NCBI GenBank assembly: GCA_036172245.1
Contig: JAYWIR010000002.1
Location: 1,054,001-1,118,000 of the forward strand
Length of the DNA stretch: 64,000 nucleotides
Reading direction: 5' to 3'
Source: Raillietiella orientalis
Lineage: Eukaryota
The position numbers and the translations under genes were made by a program. This document shows, piece after piece, positions 26,601 through 40,340 of this stretch (positions are counted from its first letter, which is position 1; each line of letters opens with the position of its first letter). The notes beneath the pieces are model-generated. The model was not told the origin of the DNA, searched no databases, and worked only from the letters and a program-made list of their open reading frames with translations.

Positions 26601-26999
26601 AAGATGAACACAGATTTGTTCGGGTGATTCCTCCGTTGCTCCTCTCTGGTTCCTTCACTTGTCTTTGATTGCCTCCATGTAAAATCAATGGGACAGTCAG
26701 AGACGTCGGATGTGTGGATTCCACTACTTCAGCAATGGCGCAGGAAAGGATGTGTGCAGGTCTCGTGGACCTACTGGGAACAGCCAAAGCCGTTGTCCTT
26801 CATATTGCAGCTCTAAGGAATGACCTGGAAAAACGGTGTAGTACGGATGCCGTTTCGAAGGGATTTGCCTTTTTTTCTAGAACGATGTTTCCTGAGAAAC
26901 GAATGCTGCATTCCAAGGGAACGAGAATGATTTATTCTCCAAGCAATGATCTGGTTTGTTTGTTGAAAGCACAGTGCATGGCGTTTTGGGGGTCTCGCA

Positions 27000-28010
27000 T
27001 TTAGAACTTGCACCTAATGTCGTTCTCCTGGCGACCCGGCTAGTGGAACCATTGACAGCGTGCTTACCATGGACACCCTGCAACCTGCAAAGCACAGCCC
27101 AGTCCAGGCTGTGTTCCGCAAACCAGAACAAAGGGTCCTTATTTGAGAAAATTATCCACTAATGACGAGAATAAAAATCCCAAAGACATTATAAATCTCC
27201 TTTAGCAATGAGTGCGGGTGCGAGATGTGTATTCATCGGGTGGATCTCAAGAGATTAAGATCCAACAGATGCGAATTTTTCACCCAAGACGTGAACGCCC
27301 CATCCACCACGAACGGTGAAGCAATCCTCGAAAGCTATTTCAAGAGAGAAAATGGCGTCTCGATGTCTCTTCAATATTATTCCCTCGATGCGATTATCTG
27401 GAAGGAAAGACAGAGGTTCTCCCTTGAGCAGGTGATAATATATGAGCCTGTCACAAGCAGTTCTGCGATGTGCATGCTAATGGAACGGTCGTCACTTCCA
27501 GATCATTAATATAGTCCAGGACGGACATATCAAAAATAAGGAGGAAACTACCAACTACAGGGTGGATAGAAAAATCTCTTCCAGCTATAATCAGACCATA
27601 CAGGTAGGATATGTCAGCTCTCCTCCCACGCAGATGGCAACATTGTTGCCACGAAACCTCAGCCTTGACACATTTTTGACAGAATGATCTCCTCTGAATG
27701 CAGAAGACTTTCCCTAAAAATGTAACCCCTCGGTACAGTTTTTCTGAAAACCTGACCTCGTTGTCACAGTAGCCCAGCTTCACGTTTGAGCGGATAAGTT
27801 TCGTCGATCCTCCGATCTCTTGGAGAGCTGGTTTGAAAACCAGTTCCCCAAAAGTTTGCCGAGAAAGGTAAGCAAGAATATCCATGCGGCTGCTCTCTCC
27901 CAAAAATGGGAGAGCTAAGACCATCGGGAGGAATGATCAAGTGAACAGGTGGCGGGCCTTCACACGCGACAGTGGATGGAAGAACCTCCTTATTCTCCAC
28001 TTCAGCACTC
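27000..28010 (-). mobile_element. Decayed DIRS-like RT-RH fragment
   Basis: PDGLSSPIF (ORF 27764-28012); DILAYL..KLGYCDN..VTFLG with DIRS-like spacing (ORF 27451-27924); FTVRGGWGVHV (27320-27288, like fTDAS..GWGaHl); LVDN (~27160). Confidence 0.7.
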
Positions 28011-28349
28011 AACGGCCGGATCTCGTTGACAGTGACCTACCAACCCCTGGAGCGGAACATTCCAAACAATTATTGGATTTACGGGAAACTCTGATCAGGT
28101 GAGATGCGACCAGATAAGGAGTCCGAAAACTGCCTGCGATGCGCTCGGAGATTCCCTGATCTGTTTCCTTAAATCAAATGCATTCTTGATTCATCTTCTC
28201 TGAGCTTCAGAACAAGGAGGCAGGATCTCGGCTTGCTTTCGTGGCAGCATTTCCGGCATGCTATTCTCTCTTGGTCACGAAGAGAGCGTTTCTATTTCTT
28301 CTGCTTCTCCGCAAGAGTGAGGGAGCGGATGCCGAAATTGCAGAACCAG

Positions 28350-30600
28350 AAGCGTCCAGATCTCTGAAACTTGAACCAAGAACACATCTCTGGTGATGTG
28401 GATGATTTCTTCCTTATTCTGATTTTTGGTTTGAAACCATCCTACACTGATGATCCACGACTTGCAAACCATCCTCAGCCTGCCGATACCCCGCTCTCAG
28501 GAGTCTGACAACGACCATCACAGCTCCAAGTCCAGAGAGAGTTCCTCAGTGCCAGTCTTCCACGGTCGAAGAAGGAATCGGAGGTTTTCCCTTTGGATTC
28601 TCTTAGGTCTTCTCGAATTTCAGCTTCCGACCTTTGTCCCGGGGAGACTTTCCGATGGAACACACATCTGTGGCATTGATGAATGCATCGTGCGGGGACG
28701 GTGTCCACGTTTCGAATTCCCGGAAGCCTTTGGTTCGCGATGGACGCCTGGACATCCAAAGAACTTCAGGAAGGAGAGTTGGCCAGTGTAGCGAGCTGAG
28801 TAGCCTGGACTCAAAGACATGTAAGTGGAACGATTCACTTGGAAAGTGGTGCTAGAATGTACCACTTGCTAAGTGGATCGAGAAACAATGGCAAACGTGG
28901 CACGGCGCCCTCCCTCTCGAGCTGAAACAGCCGTTGAGCTTTCATGTCTTCAGCTTCACGCATTCAATTAACAAACTTTTGAGGAAACAACTAGCTCTCA
29001 GGGCAAGGGTGCATCGTAGGGCACTCGCACTGCAAGAAGGAAGCTTTTACGTGCGAAGGCATTCATGGGGCGCTCTCTTGCCAAGTTGCTGCTGCGAGTC
29101 CCCGCGACTAGGATTGTCAAACAGAATTTGATTTGAAAGGAGAAACAGATCGGTCAATGTAAAAGAGTAGTGGCCTGCTCTCAGATAAGATGCCCATCCT
29201 CAAATTGGATATGATTTGGTAGACGCCCGTACATCATGCTGTCGCTTGCGTTTCATTCGGAAGGGGCAGCTTGCTGCCGCTGCAGGGCTTCTTCCTGAAA
29301 CGGGAATCTCGTGTCCCCAATCTGTTATTTATGGATTCCGTGTTTCTGGCTTTTCAACCAAGGTGATTTGCAAGGATGATTAGCAAAGGTGCAGCCATGC
29401 TGAATTATTGCCAAAAGGATATCTTCCACCTGAATAGGATAATGTGGTCCTAAGTCTGGAAGCAGCACGATGGTCCAGGTTTCTCGAAAACCATGCCCGC
29501 GAAACATCTGATCTCTAAGTGCCTTCTGTTACGTGGCACGGGAGAGGAAAGGAAAAAAAAATAACTCTGGAGCATCTACACTGCCCGTGCGAAAACACGA
29601 CTCACGAATCGTGAAACGTGTAGGTGTTCTCTCCTGCCGCTCGGTGCCACGATAGCCGACTGTGAATTTGAAATAGGGAATCTGCAGAAGGTGATCTCCG
29701 GTCGGCTATGAAGCTCAGCAAACTCACGGAGCCGCAGGAAATTCTTCCGACCGGTAGATTTGCAAGACCGAAAGAGTGCTTCCTGCCCTTGGTCTTTGAC
29801 GGCCTCCACATGAGCGAGCATGCGGAATTGGCATACATGCTCGGAGTCAAGTCATCCAGCTGGCGCGTCAAGCAAAGTCGGCGAAGACCGAAGGAGAGAG
29901 ACTCATCCTTTCCACCGGAGCAAGCAACTCGAAGCCGGTTTCGTTTCCTCGCAGGTGAAACCGTCCTGCAGGTTTTGGGAGAAACGCAAGAAGGAGGCAA
30001 GAAACACGTTTTGTTACAATGTTGTGCGTGAGGAAGGGTGGCCGCAAGTGCATTCTCACAAATGCAACCGTAGCGCAAAAACAAATAAAAAACAAAAAAC
30101 AGCAAGGCGTGGTCTAAGCTCTGGGATGGACCATTTTATCGTCGGGCTTAACTCTGTCCTCCAAAGTGCCAATCTGGCAAACCAAAAGCGAAATACAGGG
30201 AGAAACAAATGCTGAGACGATCTTTCTCCGCTGTTTGGAAGCTGCGGCAGAAGCAGACGCGCGCTCCGGTTTCCTCCTTGCAGAAAAAAAAAACTGGAAA
30301 TCTGCATTGGCTACTCGGAAGAGATGTGCGGGTAATGCACACACTTTTCGAAACAAACACCGAAAACTTCTCCAGAAACCACGTGATCTCCGCGCTGGTT
30401 TCCGCCGACCTCCGGTTGCTAGCAACGTGATTTATGCCGCGAACTATGGAACATGCGAGCGTTTCTTTCTCCCGTTGAGGAACTGCTGAACGCCTCTGCG
30501 CGATTCATTTCCGCGTAAGCGCACATTGCAGCAGCGCTTTTAATTGCCGAAGAGATCGCAAGCCTCCTGGAGGAATCGGTTCCTCCGACACAGGTCGTTA
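28350..30600 (+). mobile_element. Decayed DIRS-like relic (RT C-half-RH-MT-YR)
   Basis: KLEPRTHL (~28368); WILLGLL..TFVPGRL (ORF 28450); NDSLGKW (~28830); LELK (~28916); IYGF (~29327); GLHMSEHAELAYML (ORF 29708); VSAHCSSALIA (30515-30547). Confidence 0.65.
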
Positions 30601-31189
30601 TGTGCATCGTGCGAGAGCCTCTCAGAGACCTGTCTCTCCGAGCTGGTCATCAATTAGTTTCGCCATCCATTGCCTAATCGTCTCGGCATGGCAGGAATCA
30701 AACCGATGCTCCAGACAGCGATCGTCCGTGCGCACACAAAGGATCGGGCACTGAGTTTTCCCATACCGAAAATTATCTTTTCAGCAATTGATGTCTTCAA
30801 TAATTATAGGAAGATCATTGGCAGGAAGCTGAAGCGGAGATTAGGTATTCCTAACAGAAGAGGGCAAGGAGGTGCTCAAGGAGAAATCAATTAAATGCAA
30901 ATCCTGTCGTGAGAAAAAGATCACAGATAGTACACCTTTCATCTATCTTTCAAATGTTTGTATTTATTATCTGATTTTATGACTCCCAGATACATACACA
31001 CACACACAAAAAAAAAAAAAAAAAATTGCGTTTCTTTGGTTTGCAAGCACTGCATTGCCTGGCTTTTTTTTCTTTTCCTTTTTTTTCTGTTTCTTTTTTT
31101 TAGGAAAAGAGCAAAAGCGGCAGTTTTTTTTCTTTTTCAGGGAAGAAGGTAGGAGAAAGGAGAGTGGGCTAATCCTTCAGTGGTCACAA

Positions 31190-32930
31190 TTAGCGATCCT
31201 CGGATTTTACTTGACCACTTTCCTTGCATCAATGATCCACGCATTGCGCGGCTGCAGATGACCATCCGGAAGTTTCAAACGGGAGGTTCTGGAGGAACTT
31301 CCTGCTAGCACGAGGACAAAAACAACAGGACACGCTGCAAAAGCGATCTTTCTATGAGGAAGGTCTCTTTCCGCAGTTCTGCTGCAGCTTCGCTCGCAAC
31401 GAGATGGATATCCTTTTGGCAACCGTGCCTGATTACGGGTAGCGCCTTCTCATGTGCAGCAGTGTGACCTCTGGAAAGAAGATTACTTCGAGAAGAGGAA
31501 TGTCTGGACTTGTGTCCACGATGCGCTGCCGCCAATGGAAACAAACCCGTAGGTGCCTGCCAACTCTTAGGTCACGAACTAGTTCGTAGTCCTCTGAGGA
31601 CCAAGCTCGAGATCAAGAGACCCAAAAGCCTTCGTCTGCAGTCTCTTCCACTCGAAAGACGGAGCTGAGGGTTTTCAAAGAACTCAGCACATTGACTCTG
31701 GAAATGCAGCAGCAACATATTTTCTTTGCTTTCTGATTCTTTATCACGAAGACCATTCGTCTTGCACTCAGAAGACAGCTTGAGCAAAGTCACCGGAATC
31801 TGTGCCAATAGAAATAGTCTTCCTTCGAATCTGTGCCAATCGAATACTGAACGTGGCATCCATCTCCTCACGCAGCCACCACCCACTATCATTTTGATGG
31901 AGTTCGTCGAACCATCAAGCTGAAGAGAGCTTACGCTGTCGAAGAGGAGCCGACATCCGATCAAGTCTAGAACTGAGAGTCGATGAGAGATGAATTCTCA
32001 GAGGAAGGCATTTTCCCAGGAAACTGGAGAGTGCTTTGGTCTCCAAAGATATGCCATTCCGGAACAGCGACTATTGCCTTCCTTCCATCGCTACGGTGGT
32101 AACCATAGCACTTATCCTACTTGGCATCTTTCACATTTGCTTCACGAAAAATCTGCCTCTCTAAGGACTATCTGCCACATCCTTACTCAGTGTACGAGGA
32201 GGTGTTCCAGAGAGGAAATGCCAAGGAGTTTCCAGAGCCGTAGCAGCTTCCTGTGGGATTACGAATCCGGCCGTGAATCTGGAAATCTTTGCACCTTTGC
32301 CGTTTATTCGTCTTCCCGAAGGGAGCTCTTCCAAAGCTTCTTGAGTTCTCACACCCCTATTTTTTCTGCACCAACTTTCCTGAAGCCTGCAAAAGAATCA
32401 GCAGTTCCCTCCCATCCTGCCGTTTTAAACAGTGCTCCGTTCGGAAACGACTTTTTCTCTTCTGCTTCAGACTGTCTTCTCGTTCTCTCTCTCTCCCTCT
32501 CTCTGTCTTTTTCTTTTTTTTTTTTCGGCGGCATTCTTTACCTGTCTTCAGATCTGATGCGACTCTCCATCTTCGTCAGATCATGTGATCTGATTCCACG
32601 CTTTCAGACGTCGAGACAGGTCCGAAGGTGACAATTTCCAAACCTCTTAGGCAAAACTTCGAACTTTTCCAAATTGCTTTTAATTGTGAAGAGATTATGC
32701 ATCGTTTGGAGCCTGGGGATTCTCTCCAGCGACCGAGGAACCCATGGCAACAAAAGCACGTTTCCTTTTCTCCCCAGGATGTACTGGAGGTTCGCGTTCA
32801 TTTAGACGGAGGAAGAAATTTCTCGGACAGCTACACCTGGATCTCCATTCAGATGTAGCCGACCTGATAGGTGACAGAGGAACTGATAGACGAATACTCA
32901 GTCTTCCGCCGAACGCCCCTAACTGGTAGA
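31190..32930 (+). mobile_element. Decayed DIRS-like relic (RT-RH-YR N-terminus)
   Basis: GFYLTTFLA (ORF 31055 end); FKREVL (31274); YPFG (31409-31420); FHRYGGNHS..ICHI (ORF 31990); SPQDVLEVRVHLDGGRNFS (ORF 32628); PPNAPNW (ORF 32744 end). Confidence 0.65.
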
Positions 32931-33257
32931 AATCAGGAGTGGTCAGCATCATTCCCGAGATGCTCGCTGCATTCTTTTTCTCCCTCTCTCTCTCTCTCTT
33001 CCATCCCCCCTCCTTCATTCTCTTTGAGAACTTCACGACAATTATTTCTCATTAGCTGCGGACGACGCGAGCAAGCAGTGCATCTGTCAACCAGAGAGTG
33101 CAGAAGAATCGTCTGCGAGTCGCCAGCACGGGGAAGAGCAGTGCACGCACACGCTCTTGGTGTTTGCGGAATCGCGTGGATCGGAAGGAGTGAAAGGGAA
33201 CCGATGGTTAAAATGACATGATTAAAGGGAATAAAATCAAATATTTATTCTGTGTCT

Positions 33258-33295
33258 GTGGATTGGCTGGGGAGGACTGCCGCCAGCCAATCCAC
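33258..33295. repeat. Perfect 13-bp inverted repeat with 12-nt loop
   Basis: gtggattggctgg (33258-33270) / ccagccaatccac (33283-33295). Confidence 0.95.
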
Positions 33296-33349
33296 GCGCG
33301 CGCGACCTGCTTCATTCGATGCGCAGCTAAGCAAAAGTAGACTCCTGAC

Positions 33350-35310
33350 GACATTTGGAAACCCAGCCTTTTTTGCCACAGTGTTCCCAGCTCGAGGGAA
33401 AATATTTTCGTAGACTTGAGGGAAGCATCAGGCTCTTGGATGTTTTCTGGGGGGAAAGGAAATGGGAAGGAGTTCCAGGTGCTCTCGAGGAATGATGATT
33501 CTCATTCTCTTTCAAGAGCAAATTTTGCTGATTTATAGGATTCAAAAGCTCTACCGTTCAAGCTCCTCGAAGATAAAGCTTCCTTCTTAAGAGGTGGGGA
33601 GAATTCTGAGCCACGAAAGAATCCATTCCTCGGATTTGAGGGGCCGACCAGCATCTCATCCGCTGCAGCAACCTTGTTTCCCCCTCCCCCTTCCCCCTTT
33701 TAGGGAAGGGAATCTGGTTCCTCGATTTCTTGCAGGCAGTTCAAGGCTGCGATTTCCTCAAGAACGTAATCTCTGGGATCTCCACAGGCGGAAAGTGCAG
33801 AGGAAACCGTTCGGAATCCAACATTTCCGGATCTGCGAACATATGCAAAGGGTGCAGAGGAAAAACGAAAATACCTGACCAGCTGCATAAACAGATGTTG
33901 CTGCAACCTTATCATTCTCCAAGGTGGTCAGCGTAACATGCTTTCAGGCGCAGCACCGATGCTTTCTCGAGGCGAGGTCGGCGGATCCAACCCCGCTTCT
34001 TTTCCTTCCATCTTTCTTCCGAAGCAACCTCCTCGGCTGCATCGAATGCTTGGTCCAGCGAGCTCGTTGTACTAAGTCACGTACCCTGAATCTCTGGAAT
34101 TCGCGAAATGTCATCTGAGCCTCAAGGCAGCTGCAGAATATTGATATATTGCTTTGATTCGTACGTGTTTCCCGATATGCTAATGGCACTCCTGTAGTTA
34201 TTCAGCCGGCCCTGCGTCGCAGACTCAGCACCAATTGAATCGAATCGGATGGCGAACTTGGATCGTCCTACGCTGTAGGAAAATTCGATTTAGGAAATCT
34301 CGGCAGCTGGTCTCCAATCCGTTCAGTGTTTTCATCCTCCTCTTCGACTGAACCGATAACCAGTGGTCGCATTGCCGAAAAGGCCACCTGGTACTTGTCT
34401 TCGCGAGGGGATTAGCAAGTCATCCTCTGTGGTTACGCAGCAATGATAGAGAATAGTTTTCAAATCCCATCACGCGAAAGCCGTTGTGCTTCCTTGAGGG
34501 AACAAATAGCAGCTGAATACTTCTTTGTGACTCAGCCACGGTTCTAAGCACAAATGCCTGCCTACCTATCTTCATGCATAGATTTGTTTCTCGTTGCTCG
34601 ATACCAGCATCAGAAGCCAGAGAGCAGCTTGGATCTTGGAAACTCTTCACACTTCGTGAAGTTCTTTCTCGAAATGCAGACTTTGTTTGGATCCCCGTCT
34701 TCGCGGACACACCCACCGTCTGTCTGATCTCAGATCTTTAGAAGTCAATGGTCCTTCGAGTTACGAGTTCTATTGGTTCCCCCAGCGACAAAGGTATTGA
34801 TAAGCTGATTCAGTACCAGAGCGCTTGCTCTTTCACATCATGGCTAGTTTTTCCTATGGAAACTCAAGGGAGAAATTCATTTGTCGGATGCTTCATGGAA
34901 GGGGGGGGGGGGGGACAGGAGTCGAAGGCTCGCGAGAACTCCTTCTCTTCCCAGTCCCTCGGCAATGCTTGTTCCACAAATCAAAGCAGGTCTTACAAAG
35001 CCCTTCCTTTGTCAAAACCACCCTTTTGGAGGCTTCCCTGAAACTCCACGTCTTTGTAAGCGTAACATGTTCGCGGGTGCTCTCTCATAATGGATGCCAA
35101 CAGCTTGGCAGCGCGCGATTTCAATGACTGCATCGCTGCTGAATCCACATCGATGCTTGGTTTCCGAGAGCACTGTGACATCTATGCAAACGTATGCGAC
35201 CCACATAATCGTTCGGCTTTGCTGAATGCAATTAAAAATAATGATTCGAAGCCATGATGAGGAATCTGAAAATGACGAATCACAGGACCGAATTTTCTGG
35301 CAATCACTCA
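33350..35310 (-). mobile_element. Decayed DIRS-like relic (RH to YR C-terminus)
   Basis: IMWVAYV..GIHYERAP (ORF 35012-35311, RH); FVLRTVAESQRSIQLLFVP (ORF 34420-34716, MT-like); HSSRAPGTPSHF (ORF 33327-33545, like YR HStRa.atS.af). Confidence 0.5.
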
Positions 35311-35789
35311 AGGAAGACAGAAAAAGACACCTTCTGCATGCTGCAAGTGCCCTCTACACCTCTAAGTGCATCCATAAGTAAGATATTTCAGAATTAGTGA
35401 ACATTTACGATGGTTGCCAAAGCAGCTCGATTTCTTTGCGCAACCTTGGATTGCGCCATCTCTCACAACGAAAGCCCTGCTTGCTGTCTCTTCACTTTCC
35501 CAGAAATTGTACCTCTCATGCCTTGGTGTCATGACCAGCATCCTTCTCCTTGAGTCTTCTCAAAAACAGTGCGTCAGATGAAGCCGTAGCTCACAAACGC
35601 ACCTCCGAAGACAATGTTCCCAAAGTTCCAAATAACCGGTGAGCTCCTTTGGAAGAGATAAAAAAGAGACTGGTAGTTGCATGCTGCGAGTTGGCTCACA
35701 AGAATAGTTGGAGTCAAAGATGAAGACGCCTGAAAAGTGCCCGTATATCTTCAGATAGCATCCATTCATCTCGTCTGTTCCCGAACTTG

Positions 35790-38720
35790 GATTTATTTAT
35801 TTCTTCTGAATAAGTAGTTCGGCATGCGGTATGAGGAGGTAATGGCTCTCAGAAGATACAACGATTGTTTTTCTTTGTCTCCGCATGTGGGCGAATGATG
35901 CTTGCAAATCACCGTTGCTGAGTTTCGTTGACAGGCGCATTTTTTCCTAAAGAACGACACCATCGCTTGCTTGGAAACACTGGGAAGCAGGAGGAGGCGA
36001 ACAAAGTTGCTCCTGATGCTGAAGACAAGAAGATGCTGCTGAAATTCCCACGAGATGTCCGGAACCAAACGGATACTGCATGAGTTTCCGAGCGGTCTCT
36101 GCGGCTCCCTCCCCTACGGAAGAATCACACCACGAGTCCACCGTGGTGAGCGAATTCTGCGAATTCGTGGGGACAGGGAAACTCTTTGGTGGCTAGCTTG
36201 AGCGTCAACTTGCCGATCCCGCGATCCCAAGTATCCACTCGGGGGCACTTCCCTTCTGGGGCGTATCTTGAAATTTCCCTGGAAGACTTGGCGAGCTTCT
36301 ACGAACAGCCTCACACATCCCCTGAAGTGGCAGCACATGGCGATGCCGTTGCATTAAGGTCTTCCGTGAAGCGATTCCAGGCACCACTGAACCAGGGGAA
36401 GTGTGACCTCGAACCGTGCCAGGTGCGGGGGGAAGTCGGATTCTTTCTGGGTCTGTCAACAAATTGTGGAAGGTATGTGGGAGCGTCTCATGGCTTTCCT
36501 ACTGCCGGCGGACAACTCCAGAGACGTTCTAGAAAACCTCTTCTTGAGTGGATTGTTGCCTGCAGAGATCTTTTCTCTCTTTTGCCTCCGTTGCATAACC
36601 ACGGCTCAGGACAGTGGACGGGGCGATACCGACTCTGTTCCCAGTGGATCTCCTTTCTGAGTAGAGCGAGGAGATGGCTCTACCTGGAATCCGTGCACGA
36701 GGATGTTTCCAGCATCCTTCACAGAACACAGAAGATTCCTGGGAGCTAACTGTGACCCTTCCCCAAGTCTTCCAGAGTAAAAAGAGCTATTTACTTATTC
36801 ATTTATCTTTATTTCTTTCTTCCCCTTCCTGCCTCCCCCGAAAATGACTTCTCTCAGCAGTCTGGCGGCTAGCAGGAATGCCTCCAGGACTCTGTTGAAT
36901 TGCAGTGGCACTTTTTTCTCCAGAATTTTCATTTCTTTTTTGTTTGATTCACTTTTTTTGTAGATTTTTTTTTTTTTTTTTTGCGTCCTGGCTTCACCTA
37001 GTGAAAACGGACTACACCTTTCCTTTGGGTGACTACTTTGTTTTTTTCCCGTCTTCGAAACCTTCATCCCCTAAAGTCGGTTTGCTTTCTCCTGCTTTGC
37101 TTTAGTAGCGCTGCGTTTCCGTCAAAAGCTGAGATCTTCCGTTGGAAAAGTCCTTGGAGTCCATTTTTATACCATCTGCCTACCGTTCACTGCATCTGTG
37201 GTACACTTCCTAAGCAACCCTTTACTGTTTTGTATGGATACTAATGTTGCACATATTTTTTTCTAGAATCTTCTTTTTCGCCAACTCACTGTGGGCTTTT
37301 TTTCCTGATGCATCTCCTATCCACCACTATTCCTCAGTTGTTAGCCCGACATCCTTAAGAAAGATGAGTCAGTGAGTTCAGCATCGCTCTGCTTCGAAGT
37401 GCACCTTCCCACCTCGCCTATTGGTCTTGAAATTTAAGGCAAGGCACGTGCATCCGATCCGTAGGAAGGGTAGGAAGAATACCCCATTCAGAGGACGTAA
37501 TCATATGCTGATCAGGAATCTCTGGTCGCCAAGAACCACGAGGTTCCAGACCACGGAGGCAGCGTGCTCACAGGCTTGTGGTTTCGATGCGTCTTTCCCA
37601 TTACGCGTTCGTCTAGAGTCCGTTTCTTCATCCTCCTGATGAGTGCGTCCTTCCCTTACAGCTCCTATAAGACAATCGAGCAGCTTTTTCTGAGAGCTCT
37701 CGAAACTGTGGGTCCTGTGTTCGTTTCTCCTTTTCTTGTTTCTTCGTACGCTTTCCGAACTCTTCTCCTTTCCTCTCGTCCCTTCGCCACTCTGCAATAG
37801 TTTGATCAAACACTGCTGGCTAAGAGCTTAAAAAGCTGCAGATGTGTAAACCAACATCTGGTCCATGACTTCCGGAAGTCTTCTCATCGTGATCTTGATC
37901 CGGATGCGTGCCTGGATGGATGCTCTTCTCCCATACTCTGCCAAACCACCTTTCAAGGAAGACCTTCTTCCTGACTGGCTGTCAACATTAACAGTAGGCC
38001 CAAACTCTGTCCATAGCACCCCTCATTTTCGTTCCCTATTCCTCTGTGTGCACCATCGATGCCTGTCGACGACTGATGCATCGTTGTGCGTCTTGGACTC
38101 ATGGAAAACAAAATCGATTCCGTTCGCAGCACCGAGAGGAACGCAAGCTCCACGGAAGGCCCTAATTTTGGGGCACATGCCGCTCGCTCACGTATAGAAA
38201 CGATACCCAGCTAAAGCTCTTCAATAACTGCGGAACAGATTATTTTTTAATGAGCTCCTGTCGCTCATGAGAACGTTGCTACGTTCCAATGAAACGGAAT
38301 GTCTGGTGGAACCTCTTCTGAGCTCCCTCTCTCGTTGCTTTCCCTCGGGCACCCTGGTTGCCAATACAGAATATTTCAGATCTGCCACAGAGCCTCTCTT
38401 GCTTTGATGCCTACTGAGCACTACTTTTTTCTACAGACATTAGGATGGCCTGCGGTGTTTCTAATGGCACCGCTCATAGTTTGTGACGTCACCCAAGATT
38501 GGCATTCCAGGAAAACGAATTTGCTGTATTTGCACTTCTGAGGAGAGTTCTTCTCGGTCCATTACTTTAAGGAACTTTATGCGGCCTTATTTTGAGAGTG
38601 GTTTAGAATGTTCTCCTCCAGGTAGTGCAACTACATTACCAAGGCATCTGAACAAACAGTGGCGAATCAGGGCACTAGCAGGACCCATAAAAGATCATCC
38701 AATTTCATCGCTTCTTTGAG
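35790..38720 (+). mobile_element. Decayed DIRS-like retrotransposon, RT-RH-MT-YR all traceable
   Basis: RT: RLFFFVSACGR (35862), SLPYGRITPRV (36106-36138), LNQGKCDLEPCQ..FFLG..LLEWIVAC (ORF 36186). RH end: FKARHV..GRKN (ORF 37421). MT: SYAF (ORF 37564), RAWMDALL..PP (ORF 37865). YR: LGWPAVFLMA (ORF 38299). Confidence 0.75.
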
Positions 38721-38999
38721 GAACATTGAGGATTATTCTTCTGAAAGGCTACTGCAGTCTCTGGGAAGCAGCATGGAGTCCGGATGGGGATTTTTGAGAA
38801 ATGAGGGACAATCTTCTTTCCAAATGTGATTTCTCCATTTTGTCTTCCTACCTTCTAGATTTCCTTTTCATTCTTTTGGAACTCGTACACATGCAATGGA
38901 ACCTGTGCATGTGCATCCCTTCAAAGAGTGAGCGATCCTCCTGAAGAACAAAGAGGACCGTTTTCTTTATCTTACCATTGAGCAGCTGAATCTAAATTC

Positions 39000-39720
39000 C
39001 GTGACAGCTCAGCCGTGGCCAGGCAGAATGCAGTGGTCAAGTGAAATCCATTTGCTGAGAGTAGAAATTTTTGGTGAAGGTTTGTGGAAGGAGAAACCCG
39101 ACATCAGGATCGAAACAGAGACAGGGACGACTGCTTTCTCGTTGTTTTCATCGAATTCGCAGAACGACACCACCGCAGGAAGCGACATTCAGATCTCATG
39201 TCCGTCCAGGTTCAGAGACGGGAGGGTTGCCTTCTTAGCAACGGACCAATAAGAGCGGAAGACACAAGAGAACGCAGAACAAAAGAATCACTGTTACGGC
39301 ATTTCTCGCTTTGGCAAGGAGTTTTCGATTCGATATTGGAGATGCTTCAAATTCATCTGGTTTGCTGATGCATCTTCTAACTTCAGGTCTGAGGTTTTTT
39401 CCTTCCTTGCTTCTTCCTGGAAGCCCGGCAGCGGCAGCAAAATGTACGAAAGCACTACCCACCACAAACGTCGACCTGGAGATTCCGGAACTCTTGGAAA
39501 GGATGCTTTGTTCCGTCCGTTCGACTTTTGAGAAGACATTTGACCAAGGAAGGAAAAGAAGGAAGACAAGGAAGGCATTTGACCTTTGAAGATCTCTCGT
39601 TTCACGCTTGTGCCCATGTCCTTCGATGAACAGGGATTCTCTTGCGATGAAGGCTCCCTTTGCTAATGCTACTTCAAAGCTGAATCGCTTCTAAGGCTCA
39701 TCGCTTGCCTTGGTTTCTTT
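39000..39720 (+). mobile_element. Decayed DIRS-like MT end plus YR N-half
   Basis: AQPWPGRMQWSSEIHLL (ORF 39001, like AP.WP.+.Wf.dll); KESLLRHFSLWQGVF (ORF 39084); LMHLLTSGL..VDLEIPELLERML (ORF 39311); KAPF..LALVS (39650-39718). Confidence 0.6.
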
Positions 39721-39959
39721 TGCCTTTAGAATGGAAGTTCCTTCTCTTTGCACAAAAGTTTCGAGGGCTGGGAGTGGGAAAACAAATGGCGTTTGCCCTC
39801 TGCTTATTGCCAGGATACGAACCTGGTGGCTGCACTTTCGTCTAAATCATCACTAGCACTGGCTGGTTGCACGAGGCCCTCACTTTTGCTCAGCATGCTC
39901 ATCATGACACTGTCCTATCTCAGCAATTCTTCGCGTGCAGCATGTACTCGAGGACTTCT

Positions 39960-40340
39960 CAAGCTCCCAAGCTGCTAAGGAGCTCGCTGCAGCCCACGAG
40001 CCTCTGAGAACTGGTGCCACGTCGCGGTGACCGTAACCACATAGCCTCCGACACGGGCCTGAGACGATTTCCAAGGAAACCAGGCTGCTGCCTCATCCTG
40101 TCGCACTGTAGATGCATGACCTGCAGTTTCCAGCCGAACAGGTGAGCCACGTCTACTCTGGACAGCAAGTACCCACTCTCAACAGGCATCGTCCAGGTGA
40201 CCAGCGTGAGACAGCGGAGAAGAGAATCCTGGCGAGGCCTCGTAATGATTACGCGGGAAACGTCTTGAGGTCTGAGGAAGTCTCTCCTCCCGGTTTCCTG
40301 GGTCGACGGAACCTTCCCTCCTTCCCACGCGAAGGCCTCC
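39960..40340 (-). mobile_element. Decayed DIRS-like RT fragment
   Basis: ORF 39959-40357: FAWEGGK, LLRCLTLVTW, HLFGWKL, PGFLG, QRLVG..SSL, in RT order. Confidence 0.55.

Noticed and set aside
26835-26875. Plus-strand STDAVSKGFA as an RNase H TDAS..GWG motif
   Set aside because: Isolated, with no colinear neighbours on that strand. The adjacent RH motifs are on the minus strand.
36186-36749. 187-aa ORF in the RT frame as a domesticated RT gene
   Set aside because: The catalytic YxDD is lost, upstream motifs lie outside the ORF, and this length is common among the spurious ORFs in this window.
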